Source: a virus
DNA length: 64,000 nt
Direction: 5' to 3' (one strand)
IMG/VR virus record: IMGVR_UViG_3300037070_006409
Coordinates: 12,205-76,204 of that record
The position numbers and the translations under genes were made by a program. Below are positions 8,952 through 19,075 of this stretch, in pieces. Each line of letters opens with the position of its first letter. Position 1 is the stretch's first letter. The notes under the pieces were generated by a model. That model saw only the letters and a program-made list of their open reading frames with translations, was not told the DNA's origin and did not search any database.

Positions 8952-9561
8952 GCCAGAGGCTGAGCAGACCGAGCAGGAGCGGGAAGACCAGCGTCGGCGT
9001 GACCTGGGACTGCCACTGGACGCGCCGGAGGAGCTGGTCGCCGCCGCCGAAGGGGACACCCCGGCCCGCGACGACGAGACGGGTGATGAAAAGGAGGCCA
9101 CGGTCCTCGACTTCCTGCTGGGGCCGACGGTCCCGCTGGAGTTCGACGTGGACACCTTCATCGACACGCCGAGCGGCCGCGAGAAGCTGGTCTTTCACAT
9201 CAAGCAGATAGACGACACTCGGATTGACGAGCTGGAGAAGGATCACAGCGAAGGCGAGGGTCCCTTCCGGCGCGTCAACCGGATCATGCTCAACGCGGCC
9301 AAGGTCGCCGAGGCAACGGTCTATCTCGAAGACGCCGACGGGCGTCGGATCGACCCCGGCGCGCCTGAGTTCCGGGGACCGATCCCCGACCGGGCCGACG
9401 CCTTCCGCGGCCGCTTCAAGTTCCAGCCGGGCATTCTCTCGATGGTGGCGTCGGAGATCGACGCGGCCGCGGGGATGACAAACGACCGGGTGGGCACCGC
9501 CCGGCGGGCGCCGACCGGGACGGCAGAGAAGAGCATCGCGACCGCAGTAAAAAACTCCTAG
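8851..9561 (+). CDS. Tail assembly chaperone (XkdN-like, gpG)
   Basis: AAGGAG RBS; position between tube and tape measure; ends AVKNS over a slippery heptamer. Confidence 0.85.
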   Translation: MSEKDRKQHTPRAGLGGAATPPPPGEVQPPSPPEPEAEQTEQEREDQRRRDLGLPLDAPEELVAAAEGDTPARDDETGDEKEATVLDFLLGPTVPLEFDVDTFIDTPSGREKLVFHIKQIDDTRIDELEKDHSEGEGPFRRVNRIMLNAAKVAEATVYLEDADGRRIDPGAPEFRGPIPDRADAFRGRFKFQPGILSMVASEIDAAAGMTNDRVGTARRAPTGTAEKSIATAVKNS

Positions 9562-9764
9562 GGCGGCGCGGTCCGACGTGGACGCTCTATTCTCAGTGGC
9601 GGTTCCGGGGTATAGCGCCCTGGGCCGCCTGGCTGAGAACCCAAGAGGAGTGTCCCTGGCCCTCGCGGGGGCGGGCGGTCGAAATCGGCTTCGCGATCCA
9701 CGCCGCCGAACTGGAGAGGACAACGATCGACATCGTAGAGGCGCTCGGGGAGACAGCGGGATGA
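9549..9764 (+). CDS. -1 frameshift extension of the tail chaperone (gpGT); slippery site A AAA AAC at 9549-9555
   Basis: The -1 frame reads LLGRRGPTWTLYSQWRFRGIAPW...IVEALGETAG with TGA at 9762-9764, overlapping the next ATG. This is the canonical arrangement. Confidence 0.85.
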   Translation, partial: KKLLGRRGPTWTLYSQWRFRGIAPWAAWLRTQEECPWPSRGRAVEIGFAIHAAELERTTIDIVEALGETAG

Positions 9765-10240
9765 CCCTCCGCCAACGCTTCGACGCCAAGTGGCAACTCG
9801 ATCCCGAGACGGGGTGCTGGCTGTGGACGGCAGCGACCAATCTTGGGGGTTATGGACTGCTCCGGATCACTGAGGAAGGTCAGCGGCGGATGGAGGTCGC
9901 ATCAAGAACGTCATGGCAACTCTTCGTCGGCCCCATTCCCGACGACCTATGCGTCCTCCACCACTGCGACACCCCGCCCTGCGTCAACCCCGAGCACCTC
10001 TTCCTCGGGACAAGGGCCGATAACGCGGCGGATCGTGACGCCAAGGGCAGACATCGGCATGGAACACGACGGGGTGAGGAGCACAGTAACGCGCGGATCA
10101 CGGAGATGATCGCTAGGGAGATTCTGGCTTTGCGGGGGGTGGGCCTGAGTCAGCCGGCGGTGGGCGCTCGCTATGGGGTCAGCCGTCAGCTCGTCTCGGC
10201 GATATGGCGGGGCGAAGCCTGGGCGCATCTAGGGGGGTAG
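9761..10240 (+). CDS. HNH homing endonuclease with C-terminal HTH
   Basis: CWLW...GYG...GPIP...VLHHCDTPPCVNPEHLFLGTRADN; ATGA overlap start. Confidence 0.92.
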   Translation: MTLRQRFDAKWQLDPETGCWLWTAATNLGGYGLLRITEEGQRRMEVASRTSWQLFVGPIPDDLCVLHHCDTPPCVNPEHLFLGTRADNAADRDAKGRHRHGTRRGEEHSNARITEMIAREILALRGVGLSQPAVGARYGVSRQLVSAIWRGEAWAHLGG

Positions 10241-10243
10241 TCG

Positions 10244-13200
10244 ATGGCGGTTCGAGGATCTTTTGATCTGAACGACAAACCCGCCTCCGAGGCCCTCCGC
10301 AGCATCCGGCGCGAGGGGGCGCTCACCGAGCGCCAGATGCGCAGCCTCGGCGATGCAGTCGATGATGTGTTCTCGACGGCCAACCGGGAGGCAGCGCGGG
10401 CTTACGAGCGCGATCTGCGCTCCGTCGATCGCACCGCCGTTCGTAGCCTCGGCAACCTCCGCCGGGAGTGGCGCACCACCGAGCGCGAGGTCCTCTCCTC
10501 GGTCGCGAAGCAGGAGGCTGAGATCGGCAGCCTGGAGACCTCGCTGCGCAGTCTCGGAACCGTCGATGCTCGCCCGAACATCAACCTGCATGGCTTCGCC
10601 GAGGCCAACGCCCAGATCGACACCATCGAAGCTCGCCTGCGGTCGCTCGGTGCCGTCACCGCCAGGCCCAACGTCAACGTCTCGGGGGGCTGGCGACCGC
10701 CCGGCAGCTCCGGGGGCAGCCGCGGCGGCAGTGGCTTCGGCGGGCGGGGCCTCAATATCCCCTTCGCCGGCCGGATCCCCTGGCCCCTGGTCGGTGGTGC
10801 TCTCGCTGCCGCTCCGCCGCTCGTCGGTGGCGCCACGGGCCTGCTCGGCAGCGCCGCTTCGGCGACGCTCGGCCTCGGTGCCCTCGGCCTGACCGGCGGC
10901 GGTGTCGCCGCGGTCGGCGCTGGCACCGCGCTCCCCAGCACGATTATGGCCGCCAAGGGGATCTCGGCGGCAAGTAAAGCGTTCGAGAAGTACCAGCAGG
11001 AGGTCATCCAGTCCGGCCCCAATTCCGAAGCTGCACGCGTGGCCTTCCGCGAACTCAACATGGAGCTGCGCGACGCCCCGCGAGGCACGCGGCGCTTCCT
11101 CGCCTCCCGCCAGGCCCTCGGCCGGGAGTTCGCTGCGGCGACGCGACCGGGGCAGGCCTCCGTGGCGGCGATGGCTACCCGCGGGATCAACCTCGGGCGC
11201 CAGCTCACCCCGCTGACCGGCCAGCTCTCCAATCGCTTCCTTGGTGAGGCCCAGGGCCAGACGGACCAGTTCGCCGGCTTCCTCAACGACCGCCGCTCGC
11301 GCGACTTCTACCGCGCGATGAGCGCTGAGGCGACCGCCGACCTCAGCTCGATGGAGTCGATCTCCGAGAACGTCCTGGCGACGATGATGAACATCGCCCG
11401 CGCCGGGCGGCCCTTCTTCCACGAAGCCGTCGAGTTCGTGGACGACTGGACGGGTGGCTGGAGCGAGGGCACCCGCGACATTCACGACACTCGGCGCGAG
11501 CTGGGGCAGATGGTCGATGACCTCCGCGCCTGGGGCCACCTTGGCGGCGCCGGCTTCGACCTGATCCAGGATCTCTTCGGGGCTTCGCGCCAGCCCGGCA
11601 CCTCATTGGTCGAGAGCCTCACCGACCAGCTTCGCGAGTGGGACCGCTGGGTGGAACGCAACCCCGCCCAGGTCAGCCAGTTCTTCGAGGACTCGGCCGA
11701 AGGCACGGAAAAGATCGCTGGGGCGCTCTCGCGCATCACCGGGCTGCTGTGGCGGGTCAGCCGCCAGCTCACCCCGCTGCTCGAACAGGGCGCGAACTTC
11801 GTAGAACTCCTCGGCAACGCTGGCCTGCTGACGCCCGGCGGGCTGCCTCTGCTGCTCGGGGCTGGCGCTGGCGTGCGCGGGGCCTTCGGACGCGGGGGGG
11901 GTACGGCCCGTGGTGGTGCTGCTGGCGGTGGTGCCGGAGCGCCGATCATCCTTGGCGGTGGTGGCGCGGCGGCAGCGGGAGGCTTCGGCAGCCTCTTCGA
12001 TCGCGAGACCTATGGCCTCGCCCGTGGCTTCGGCCGCGGCCGTCTCGCCTCTACCGTTGCAGGACTCGGGGCGGGTTCGAGCGGGGCACGCGCGGCAGCG
12101 GGCGGCCGCAGCTTCGGTCGCAGCTTCGGTCCCTACGCCCTGCTAAGCGCTGGCCTCGGCGCCGCTGGAACCGAAGGCAACATCTGGGAGCGCCTCCAGG
12201 GCGGGATCAGCCAGGCCTCTCTCGGACTTGTCGCCCCACCCAAGACCCAGGCGCAGGAAATGGACGAGGGGATGCAGGAAGCCGCCCAGATCAGTGCTCG
12301 GCTCGGGCGGCGCTTCGGTGATGACCCGTCCGGCCTGACGCAGCAGATCCACGCCCTGCTGCGGCGCCGGGGAGAGGCGATGACCCCCCAGCCGCACGGC
12401 GGTCTGACCGGCTTCCTCACGACGAGCCTCAACCCCGCCGATGAATTCTTGACGCGGCCACGCTTCCTCTCCGACGAGGCGCGCCAGCGAGCGCGTGGAT
12501 TCACCGGCCAGATCGGCTCCCTCCGCGAGCAACGCGCCTCGGTGGTCTCTCAGTCCGCGCTCGGGGAGATCCAGGGTGCTTTCGGCATCCGAACCCGCCA
12601 CGGCGAGGACCCCGGCCAGGCCTTCGAGAAAGCCGCCTCCTCGATCGAGAGTCGTGCCGGGAGGATGAAGGGCCGCACGGGCCGTGAGTTCTCCCAGATG
12701 GGCCTCAACTGGGCGCGCTCGATGGCGCGCTCAAACCCGAAACTCAAGGGCGCTGTCGATGACCTCGCCCGCTCGATCGAAAACCGCCTCAACAAGACGG
12801 GCGAGAACGTCCGCATCATCAACGGCCGGATCGTGGACGTGTCGGCGAAGTCTTGGAAGAACGTCGCCGACCTGATCGGGACCCAGACCCAGCGGGCCTA
12901 CTCCGAAGCCAACGAGAACCTCACCGCCCTCGAAAAGCGAGCTTTCACGATTCTGCGTCAGATGGGCTACTCCCAGGGCGATGCGAAGGCCTTGGTCTAC
13001 GAAGCTCAGCACGGCCATCCCTCCCGCCAGCGCGGCCAGGAACAGGCGACTGCGCATCACTTCGGGCGCACCCTGCCGACCACAAGCAGCATGGACGGGC
13101 GCGGTCATGCGACCGGCGGCAGGCTCCCAATGCCGCGCAGCGGCTCTATGCACGACGTGCTTAGTCTCGGCGGCGGCAACATGGCAGCCGGCGGCGAGCT

Positions 13201-14611
13201 GGTCGTCGGCCCCAACGTCGCCAACCGCCACACCGAGCGCAAGATCGACCGGATGCTGCTCTCCTCGCACGGCACCACGCTCGCGCGGGAGATCGGGCGG
13301 GAGGGCCGCGCCCACTCCGAGCCGTTCCGCGGTCCCTTCCGCGAGTACAACGCCGCCACCGGCTCGATCTACGCGGCCGCGAAGCTCGCGCAGCGGCTCG
13401 GCCTGAGCGTCGGCGAGGGGCCGGGCTTCGGCGGTGTTCCCTCCAGCGGCCATGCAAGCGGCTCGCTGCACTACTCGGGCTTGGCCTACGACGTGAGCGG
13501 CTCTCCCGATGCGATGCGACGCTACTTCTTCTCTGCGCTGCGCTCCTTCCGCGGCTCGATCAACGAGTTGTTCTACGACCCGATCGGCTGGTACATGGAC
13601 GAGGGCCACCGCGTCCCCGGTGCGATGGGCGGTCACTCCGACCACGTGCACATCGGCTTCTTCCCTGGCGGCGCTCACATGCGCCGTGGCGGCCTCGGCG
13701 GCCTCGGCGCAATGGGTGGCCGCGGCGGTGCGATGCCTAGGATCAATCTGCGCGGCAACCGTTCGGGTCTCGGCGGGCTGCCTGGCGCCGCGGCGACCCG
13801 AGGCAACGAGATGGCTGCCAGCGGGATGAGTCAGAACCTCAACAGGCTGCTGCGCGGCAGCGGCGGCATGGCTGGGCCGGCCCCCCGCGGCGGCTCGATC
13901 GAAGCGCAGATCGCTCGGTCGCTCCTCCGCGGTGGCCTCAACCGCGTCGGCGCCGCTGGCATCATCGGCAACGCCTACGCCGAGTCGAGTCTCAAACCGG
14001 GCGCGACGGGCTACGGCGGCGGCGGTCTCTGGGGCTTCACAGCCTCACCCAACAGCCTCGCCGACCTCCAGGCCTACGCCGAGCAGCGCGGGCGCCCCTG
14101 GACCAACGCAACGCTCCAGACGCAGTTCTTGCTCTCCCACGTCTCGGGTGGCCTGGTCTCCCAGCTCAACGCCGCAGGGACGCCCGAGGCGGCCGCAGCG
14201 CTGTTTATGAGCGAGTGGGAGCGCCCCGGCATCCCTCGTCAGGGCGTGCGCGAATCCGCTGCCCGCCGGGCCTTCTCTCACTTCTCCCTCGGCGGCCAGA
14301 TGCGCCGACCGGGCTTCGCCGGCTGGTTCGGCCGCGGCGGCCACTTCCGCGTCCACAACCCGACCCTCTTCGGTGCCGGCGAGCGCGGACCCGAGGAAGT
14401 AAGCGTGACCCCGCTCGGTCACGGCGGCCGCAAGCGTGGCCGTGGCGGCGGCCGGCCGATCTCGATCTCGGTGAAGACCGGCCCAATCACCGTCGGCAAC
14501 GGAGAGGACGCCCGCAGGGTCGGACACCGGATCGCCGAAGGCATCGAGGACAGACTGGCCGACACTCTGGAATCCTCGGATGGTGTCGCAGAGAGTGAGC
14601 TGACCGGATGA
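10244..14611 (+). CDS. Tape measure protein with two C-terminal cell-wall hydrolase domains
   Basis: 1455 aa, Ala/Gly-rich helical. Contains GHASGSLHYSGLAYDV...HSDHVHIG (M15-like Zn peptidase) and AAGIIGNAYAESSL...GLWGF...FMSEWERPG (phage tail lysozyme). Confidence 0.9.
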   Translation: MAVRGSFDLNDKPASEALRSIRREGALTERQMRSLGDAVDDVFSTANREAARAYERDLRSVDRTAVRSLGNLRREWRTTEREVLSSVAKQEAEIGSLETSLRSLGTVDARPNINLHGFAEANAQIDTIEARLRSLGAVTARPNVNVSGGWRPPGSSGGSRGGSGFGGRGLNIPFAGRIPWPLVGGALAAAPPLVGGATGLLGSAASATLGLGALGLTGGGVAAVGAGTALPSTIMAAKGISAASKAFEKYQQEVIQSGPNSEAARVAFRELNMELRDAPRGTRRFLASRQALGREFAAATRPGQASVAAMATRGINLGRQLTPLTGQLSNRFLGEAQGQTDQFAGFLNDRRSRDFYRAMSAEATADLSSMESISENVLATMMNIARAGRPFFHEAVEFVDDWTGGWSEGTRDIHDTRRELGQMVDDLRAWGHLGGAGFDLIQDLFGASRQPGTSLVESLTDQLREWDRWVERNPAQVSQFFEDSAEGTEKIAGALSRITGLLWRVSRQLTPLLEQGANFVELLGNAGLLTPGGLPLLLGAGAGVRGAFGRGGGTARGGAAGGGAGAPIILGGGGAAAAGGFGSLFDRETYGLARGFGRGRLASTVAGLGAGSSGARAAAGGRSFGRSFGPYALLSAGLGAAGTEGNIWERLQGGISQASLGLVAPPKTQAQEMDEGMQEAAQISARLGRRFGDDPSGLTQQIHALLRRRGEAMTPQPHGGLTGFLTTSLNPADEFLTRPRFLSDEARQRARGFTGQIGSLREQRASVVSQSALGEIQGAFGIRTRHGEDPGQAFEKAASSIESRAGRMKGRTGREFSQMGLNWARSMARSNPKLKGAVDDLARSIENRLNKTGENVRIINGRIVDVSAKSWKNVADLIGTQTQRAYSEANENLTALEKRAFTILRQMGYSQGDAKALVYEAQHGHPSRQRGQEQATAHHFGRTLPTTSSMDGRGHATGGRLPMPRSGSMHDVLSLGGGNMAAGGELVVGPNVANRHTERKIDRMLLSSHGTTLAREIGREGRAHSEPFRGPFREYNAATGSIYAAAKLAQRLGLSVGEGPGFGGVPSSGHASGSLHYSGLAYDVSGSPDAMRRYFFSALRSFRGSINELFYDPIGWYMDEGHRVPGAMGGHSDHVHIGFFPGGAHMRRGGLGGLGAMGGRGGAMPRINLRGNRSGLGGLPGAAATRGNEMAASGMSQNLNRLLRGSGGMAGPAPRGGSIEAQIARSLLRGGLNRVGAAGIIGNAYAESSLKPGATGYGGGGLWGFTASPNSLADLQAYAEQRGRPWTNATLQTQFLLSHVSGGLVSQLNAAGTPEAAAALFMSEWERPGIPRQGVRESAARRAFSHFSLGGQMRRPGFAGWFGRGGHFRVHNPTLFGAGERGPEEVSVTPLGHGGRKRGRGGGRPISISVKTGPITVGNGEDARRVGHRIAEGIEDRLADTLESSDGVAESELTG

Positions 14612-15384
14612 CGAAACGCGGACACCCCCGACCTGGCCTCCATGCCCGCCTCCGTCGAGTGTCGGGCCTCACCCCGCGCTCGGTGCTCCGTGATCCGCTG
14701 TCGATGCCCGTCGTGATCGGCGAGGAATTCACAGTCGAGGAGGAAGCGCTCTGGGAAGAGTTCGACACCGTGAGCGCCGGCCGCTTCGCGCAGGCCGCCG
14801 CCGGCAAACACGCGGTCGCTCTCCGCACGGCCTCGATGGAATCGCTGACCCTCACCTGGGACCCCGGCTGGCTCACCAACCCCGACCACGACCCCGAGCG
14901 CGTGCTCAGGGAGCTGCGGAAGGTCCTGCGCAAACGCGCCGTCTTCGACCTCCTCATCGTCAACAAGCCCGGCGCCGACTACGCCGAGTTCGCCGGCTTC
15001 GCCTCGATCCGGCGTCTGGCGATCACGCTCAAGGCGGGCGAGCCTGACACCCGCTACCTCCAGGTGGACCTCTCCGCTCACCGCCGGATGTCGAGCCGGC
15101 GCCGCCGCCACGGCCGCACCGCCAACCTGCCGACTACGGCGGTACTCGACAAAAACGACACGCTGCGCTCCTTGGCGCTGCACTACTACGGCAGCGGGGA
15201 GCAATGGCGGTTGATCGCCAGGGCCAACGGGATCACGAAGTGGGGGTCGGAGACGCCGCTGGTCGAGATGGGCCGCTACAAGGCCGGCGATCGGATCAAG
15301 ATCCCGGCACGCCCCGTCAACAATGGGGGCACCACCGCCGACACCCGCGGCCTGGTCGGCCAGGCGGTCGAGGTCGGTGAGTAG
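14608..15384 (+). CDS. LysM-containing tail tube initiator (XkdP-like)
   Basis: LysM motif DKNDTLRSLALHYYGSGEQWRLIARANGI...GDRIKIP directly after the tape measure gene. Confidence 0.85.
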   Translation: MTKRGHPRPGLHARLRRVSGLTPRSVLRDPLSMPVVIGEEFTVEEEALWEEFDTVSAGRFAQAAAGKHAVALRTASMESLTLTWDPGWLTNPDHDPERVLRELRKVLRKRAVFDLLIVNKPGADYAEFAGFASIRRLAITLKAGEPDTRYLQVDLSAHRRMSSRRRRHGRTANLPTTAVLDKNDTLRSLALHYYGSGEQWRLIARANGITKWGSETPLVEMGRYKAGDRIKIPARPVNNGGTTADTRGLVGQAVEVGE

Positions 15385-15387
15385 CTC

Positions 15388-16644
15388 ATGGCCTCGACGG
15401 GGAAGCGCCAGCGCGCGCAGTCTCAGCGGGGCCGCCTGCAAGCGCCGAACCTGAGCGCCCACTACAACCGCCGCGCCCGCTCGATCGAGCCAGGGGACTT
15501 CACCTTCCGCGTGCTGCTCGTCCGGCCCGAGAAGCCCCGCCCCGACCGCTACATGACGCTCGACCGTGCCAACACCGACTTCGAATGGAACGACGGCGAG
15601 GGGTCGGTGCTGAGCGGCTCGATGTCCCTGCGCCGCCCCGGTCCCCAGCGGGTCGCCTCGGTCCCGGTGCTCTACGGTCACCGGGTCCGCTTGCAGCTTC
15701 TGTGGGGCGGCCGCTGGCAGGTGATGTGGGATATGCAGGTGCGGGAACCGCCTCCGGTGGATGTCGGCACCGGGGTGCTCTCCGTCGAACTTGCCGACCC
15801 CCTCTCCGCGCTGCACATGAACCGCAAGCAGTGGGAGTTCAAGAAGGACAAGCGCCACCCGAAGGGCTGGACCGCCGACGAGATCACCCGCGCTGTCTGC
15901 CGCGACCAGCGGGTCCGTATCGGCAAGCTCGCCCAGGGCAGGCGCCGGATCAAGAAGCTCAAGCTGAAAGGGTCGGGCCTAGAGGTCATCCGCAAGGCCT
16001 GGGCGCAGGAGAAGGCCAAGTCCGGCGTTCGCTACGTGATCCGCTTCCGCGATGGTCACCTCACCGTGCTCGCCTTCGGGCGCCCCGCGACCGCTTACGT
16101 CATCAAGGGCATCCCGAAAACAGCCGAAACGTCGGCCTCGGCCCCGAGCCTGCACCCGACCACCTCGATCAAAGCCAAGGGCCATCTCAAGATGGGGGGC
16201 GGGAAAACGAAGAAGATCGAGGAGATCGTCCGCAGCAGGGCCGCCGTACGGCGCTTCGGCTTCTCTGAGGACGAGAAGGACTACGGCCGCGTCGATAGCC
16301 GGGCGGAGCTGCGCGAGGAAGCCCAGCGCGACCTCTCCGACGCCATCCAGGTTAAACGCTCCGCCGTGCTGACGATCCCCGGCATTCCCTTCCTGGAGAA
16401 GGGGTCGATGGTGATCTGGAGGACCAACGAGCCGGGCTGGCATGGCAAGGTGGGCGACACCGATCGCGACCGCGCCTTTGCATTCGTCACCTCCTCTCGG
16501 CATAGTCTCGGCCCAACCAGCTATGACACCGAGATCACGCTCTCCCAGGACGACATATATTTGAAAGACCGGGAACGTCGTGATGAGGAGCGTCGTGACG
16601 ACAAGAAGAAGGAGCGCCAGGGGCGCAAAGGCGGCAACCAATGA
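15388..16644 (+). CDS. Baseplate hub protein (XkdQ-like)
   Basis: Position and size; TADEITRAVC, YVIRFRDG, RRFG..E, GIPFLEKG, VTSSRH...Y.TEITL. Confidence 0.75.
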   Translation: MASTGKRQRAQSQRGRLQAPNLSAHYNRRARSIEPGDFTFRVLLVRPEKPRPDRYMTLDRANTDFEWNDGEGSVLSGSMSLRRPGPQRVASVPVLYGHRVRLQLLWGGRWQVMWDMQVREPPPVDVGTGVLSVELADPLSALHMNRKQWEFKKDKRHPKGWTADEITRAVCRDQRVRIGKLAQGRRRIKKLKLKGSGLEVIRKAWAQEKAKSGVRYVIRFRDGHLTVLAFGRPATAYVIKGIPKTAETSASAPSLHPTTSIKAKGHLKMGGGKTKKIEEIVRSRAAVRRFGFSEDEKDYGRVDSRAELREEAQRDLSDAIQVKRSAVLTIPGIPFLEKGSMVIWRTNEPGWHGKVGDTDRDRAFAFVTSSRHSLGPTSYDTEITLSQDDIYLKDRERRDEERRDDKKKERQGRKGGNQ

Positions 16645-17015
16645 CGGTGACCAAGGACCAGCTCGATCTCGACCTGATGAAGTCCAGGCGGGTCTTCGCC
16701 GTCGCTCAGGAGGCGTTTGCAGGGGCTGTGCTGCGCGTAGCAGCCGCAGACGCGACGATTGGGTGGCACAGTACCGATCTGCACCCCGAGACCGGCAGCG
16801 TCGCTCTCGTGCGTGAGGACGGTGACTTCGCGGATCTCGTCGGGGAGGTCATCTCCGTCACTCGCCGGCTGCCCACCGAGACGCGGGTGGTCTATGCCTA
16901 CGTCCTCGGCACCGCGTCGATCCTCGATGACCTCTCGCTGGCACGCCGCGCCTTCATGGGCCTGGGCATCCTCACCAACGAGCAGCTCTCCTGCTCGATC
17001 GAGGTGATCGCCTGA
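16641..17015 (+). CDS. Hypothetical protein, possible degenerate RlpA-like double-psi barrel
   Basis: VYAYV...DDLSLARRAFMGLG resembles the DLS..AF..LG motif. Confidence 0.35.
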   Translation: MTVTKDQLDLDLMKSRRVFAVAQEAFAGAVLRVAAADATIGWHSTDLHPETGSVALVREDGDFADLVGEVISVTRRLPTETRVVYAYVLGTASILDDLSLARRAFMGLGILTNEQLSCSIEVIA

Positions 17016-17287
17016 TGGGCGACCGCTTCGTGGGGCAGATCCGCCGGGTAGCCCGCGAGGAGGCCCACCGGGTCTCGCCGCCGACGATGCGATTCAAGAT
17101 CACCAAGGTGAAACCGAAGATCGTCCTGGAGGCGCTCGGTTCCGACCTCGTGCTGACTCAGGGCGACGACGACCTGGAGCTGTCGCGCATCGTCAAGAAA
17201 GAAGCCGAGGTTGGAGACATCTGCCTCGTCTCGACCCACGTCTATGAGGGCGGTCACACCGAGTACACCGCCCACGGCCTGATCTAG
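17015..17287 (+). CDS. Putative baseplate spike (XkdR/DUF2577-like)
   Basis: Small protein, KITKVKP...L.L...L....EVGD.CLV pattern, syntenic position. Confidence 0.55.
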   Translation: MGDRFVGQIRRVAREEAHRVSPPTMRFKITKVKPKIVLEALGSDLVLTQGDDDLELSRIVKKEAEVGDICLVSTHVYEGGHTEYTAHGLI

Positions 17288-17324
17288 AGGGTCACCGGCC
17301 GGGAGACGACTACCCTTACCTGCG

Positions 17325-17873
17325 ATGCCGGAGACCTTTACCGACAATCCCAGCTTCGAGCTGCTTCCCGCCGAAGACGAGGACCTGATCTCGGCGGCCG
17401 ACCAGCTCGAAGCGGCCGAGGCCTCGATCACCGACGACCCCTTCGGCGACGATGCGGCAGCCGAAGAGCCGTCGATCCCGATGGGCCGAAGCTGGGCCTG
17501 GGACCCGATCAGCGAGCGCTACGTCCGTCAGGGCACGGCGCCAGCCGAGGTCCGTGGCCGCGATGCGCTGCGCGAGTGGATCTACGCGGCGCTGAGGACC
17601 GCCCAGGGCGTCCACCCGCTGCTCCCCGACGACTATGGCATCGAGGACCCCGACGACTGGATCGGCGTCGTAGACCCCGCCGACGCCCTCTCGACCTTCG
17701 AGCCCCGGGCGCTGGAGGCCCTGGTCCAGCACGACCGCATCGAAGACCTTGACGACCTCACCGCCCGCTTCGATCCGTCCACGGGGACCATCACGATCAG
17801 TGATCTCATCGTGATAACCGACGAGGCCGAGGCCGTCCCGCTCACCGACATCGAACTGACTCCCAATTATTGA
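17325..17873 (+). CDS. Baseplate wedge/gp25-like protein (XkdS/DUF2634-like)
   Basis: SWAWD...GRDALREWI..AL.T...DYG...EAL..HDRI. Confidence 0.75.
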   Translation: MPETFTDNPSFELLPAEDEDLISAADQLEAAEASITDDPFGDDAAAEEPSIPMGRSWAWDPISERYVRQGTAPAEVRGRDALREWIYAALRTAQGVHPLLPDDYGIEDPDDWIGVVDPADALSTFEPRALEALVQHDRIEDLDDLTARFDPSTGTITISDLIVITDEAEAVPLTDIELTPNY

Positions 17874-19072
17874 TCGTGGCCGTCACCGAAGACCTCCTGA
17901 GCCTCTTGCCCTTGTTCTCGACCGAGACCGAGGGCGCGATCCGCGAACGCTTCGACGCCTGGGCCAACGAAGGCATCTCGGTAGAAGACGCCAACGAGTG
18001 GGTAGACACCCGACCGGGCAGCTTCTTCTTCCTCAACACCGAGCCGATGGTCCGCGAGGTGGCACGTGCCTACGACCTGATGGGCACCGAGTTCGTCGGG
18101 GCCTCCTTCCCCCTCTACTCGTGGGGCACCTATCTGGACGACCTCGCCGCCGGCTACTCGGTCGAACGCCTGGCGGCGACGCAGGCCGGTGGCATCGTCA
18201 CCTTCACCGGCCCCGAAGGCACCACCATCCCCGCCGGCACGACGCTCGGCGTCCCCGCTGCCGTGGAGGACGCCGGCTTCAAGGAGTACGAAGTCACCGA
18301 AGGCGGCGAAATCGGCCCCTCGGGCAAACTCGATCTGCCGGTGGTCTCCGTCGAGGCCGGCTCGGTCACCAATGCCGCAGCAGGCCAGGTCACCGAGATC
18401 CTCTCGACCATCGAAGCCGAAGAAGAAGTCACCGCCGTCAACGACGACCCGATCGTCGGTGGCACCGATCCAGAGACGGACGAGTCGCTGCGCGAACGGC
18501 TCCTGGCGGTCTTCGAGGGCCGTGGCCCCGGCAATGTCCGCGACTACGAAATCTGGGCGCGCTCCTACGGCGGCGTCGGCATGGTCACCGTGATCCCCGT
18601 CTGGAACGGGCCGGGCACCGTCAAGGTGATCGTGCTCACCGACGAGGGCCAGCCAGTCTCCGCAGAAGTGGTCGAAGGCCTCCAGGACTTCCTCGACCCC
18701 GTGGCGGGGAAAGGCTCCGGCCAGGCTCCCGTCGGCCACACCGTCACCGTCGCGACCGCCGAAGCGATAGACGTGACGGTTGCCGCAGTGATCGAGTTCG
18801 AGGAGGGCTACTCGCTTACCGGGAGCGGTGGGGAGACCGCCCTCGAAGAAGCGATCATCGCTGCGATCCAGGACTACTTCGCCTCGGTGCAGCCCGGCGA
18901 GGAGGTCGTGCTCCAGAAGATCTCCGCACGCATCGCCGCCTTCGACGGCGTGCACGACCTGAAAGAAGTCAAACTCAACGGCTCCGCGAAAAACCTCTTG
19001 CTGGACGCCGACCCCGCGCAGATCGCTTCGCTCGATGTAGAAGGGTCGAGCCTCAAAGAAGGCGAAGTCTGA
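17870..19072 (+). CDS. Baseplate J-like protein (XkdT-like)
   Basis: GTYLDDLAA, G.VTFTG..GT.IPAGT, GGTDPETDESLRER, GNVRDYEIWA, WNGPGTVKV, APVGHTVTV. Confidence 0.93.
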   Translation: MIVAVTEDLLSLLPLFSTETEGAIRERFDAWANEGISVEDANEWVDTRPGSFFFLNTEPMVREVARAYDLMGTEFVGASFPLYSWGTYLDDLAAGYSVERLAATQAGGIVTFTGPEGTTIPAGTTLGVPAAVEDAGFKEYEVTEGGEIGPSGKLDLPVVSVEAGSVTNAAAGQVTEILSTIEAEEEVTAVNDDPIVGGTDPETDESLRERLLAVFEGRGPGNVRDYEIWARSYGGVGMVTVIPVWNGPGTVKVIVLTDEGQPVSAEVVEGLQDFLDPVAGKGSGQAPVGHTVTVATAEAIDVTVAAVIEFEEGYSLTGSGGETALEEAIIAAIQDYFASVQPGEEVVLQKISARIAAFDGVHDLKEVKLNGSAKNLLLDADPAQIASLDVEGSSLKEGEV

Positions 19073-19075
19073 GCG

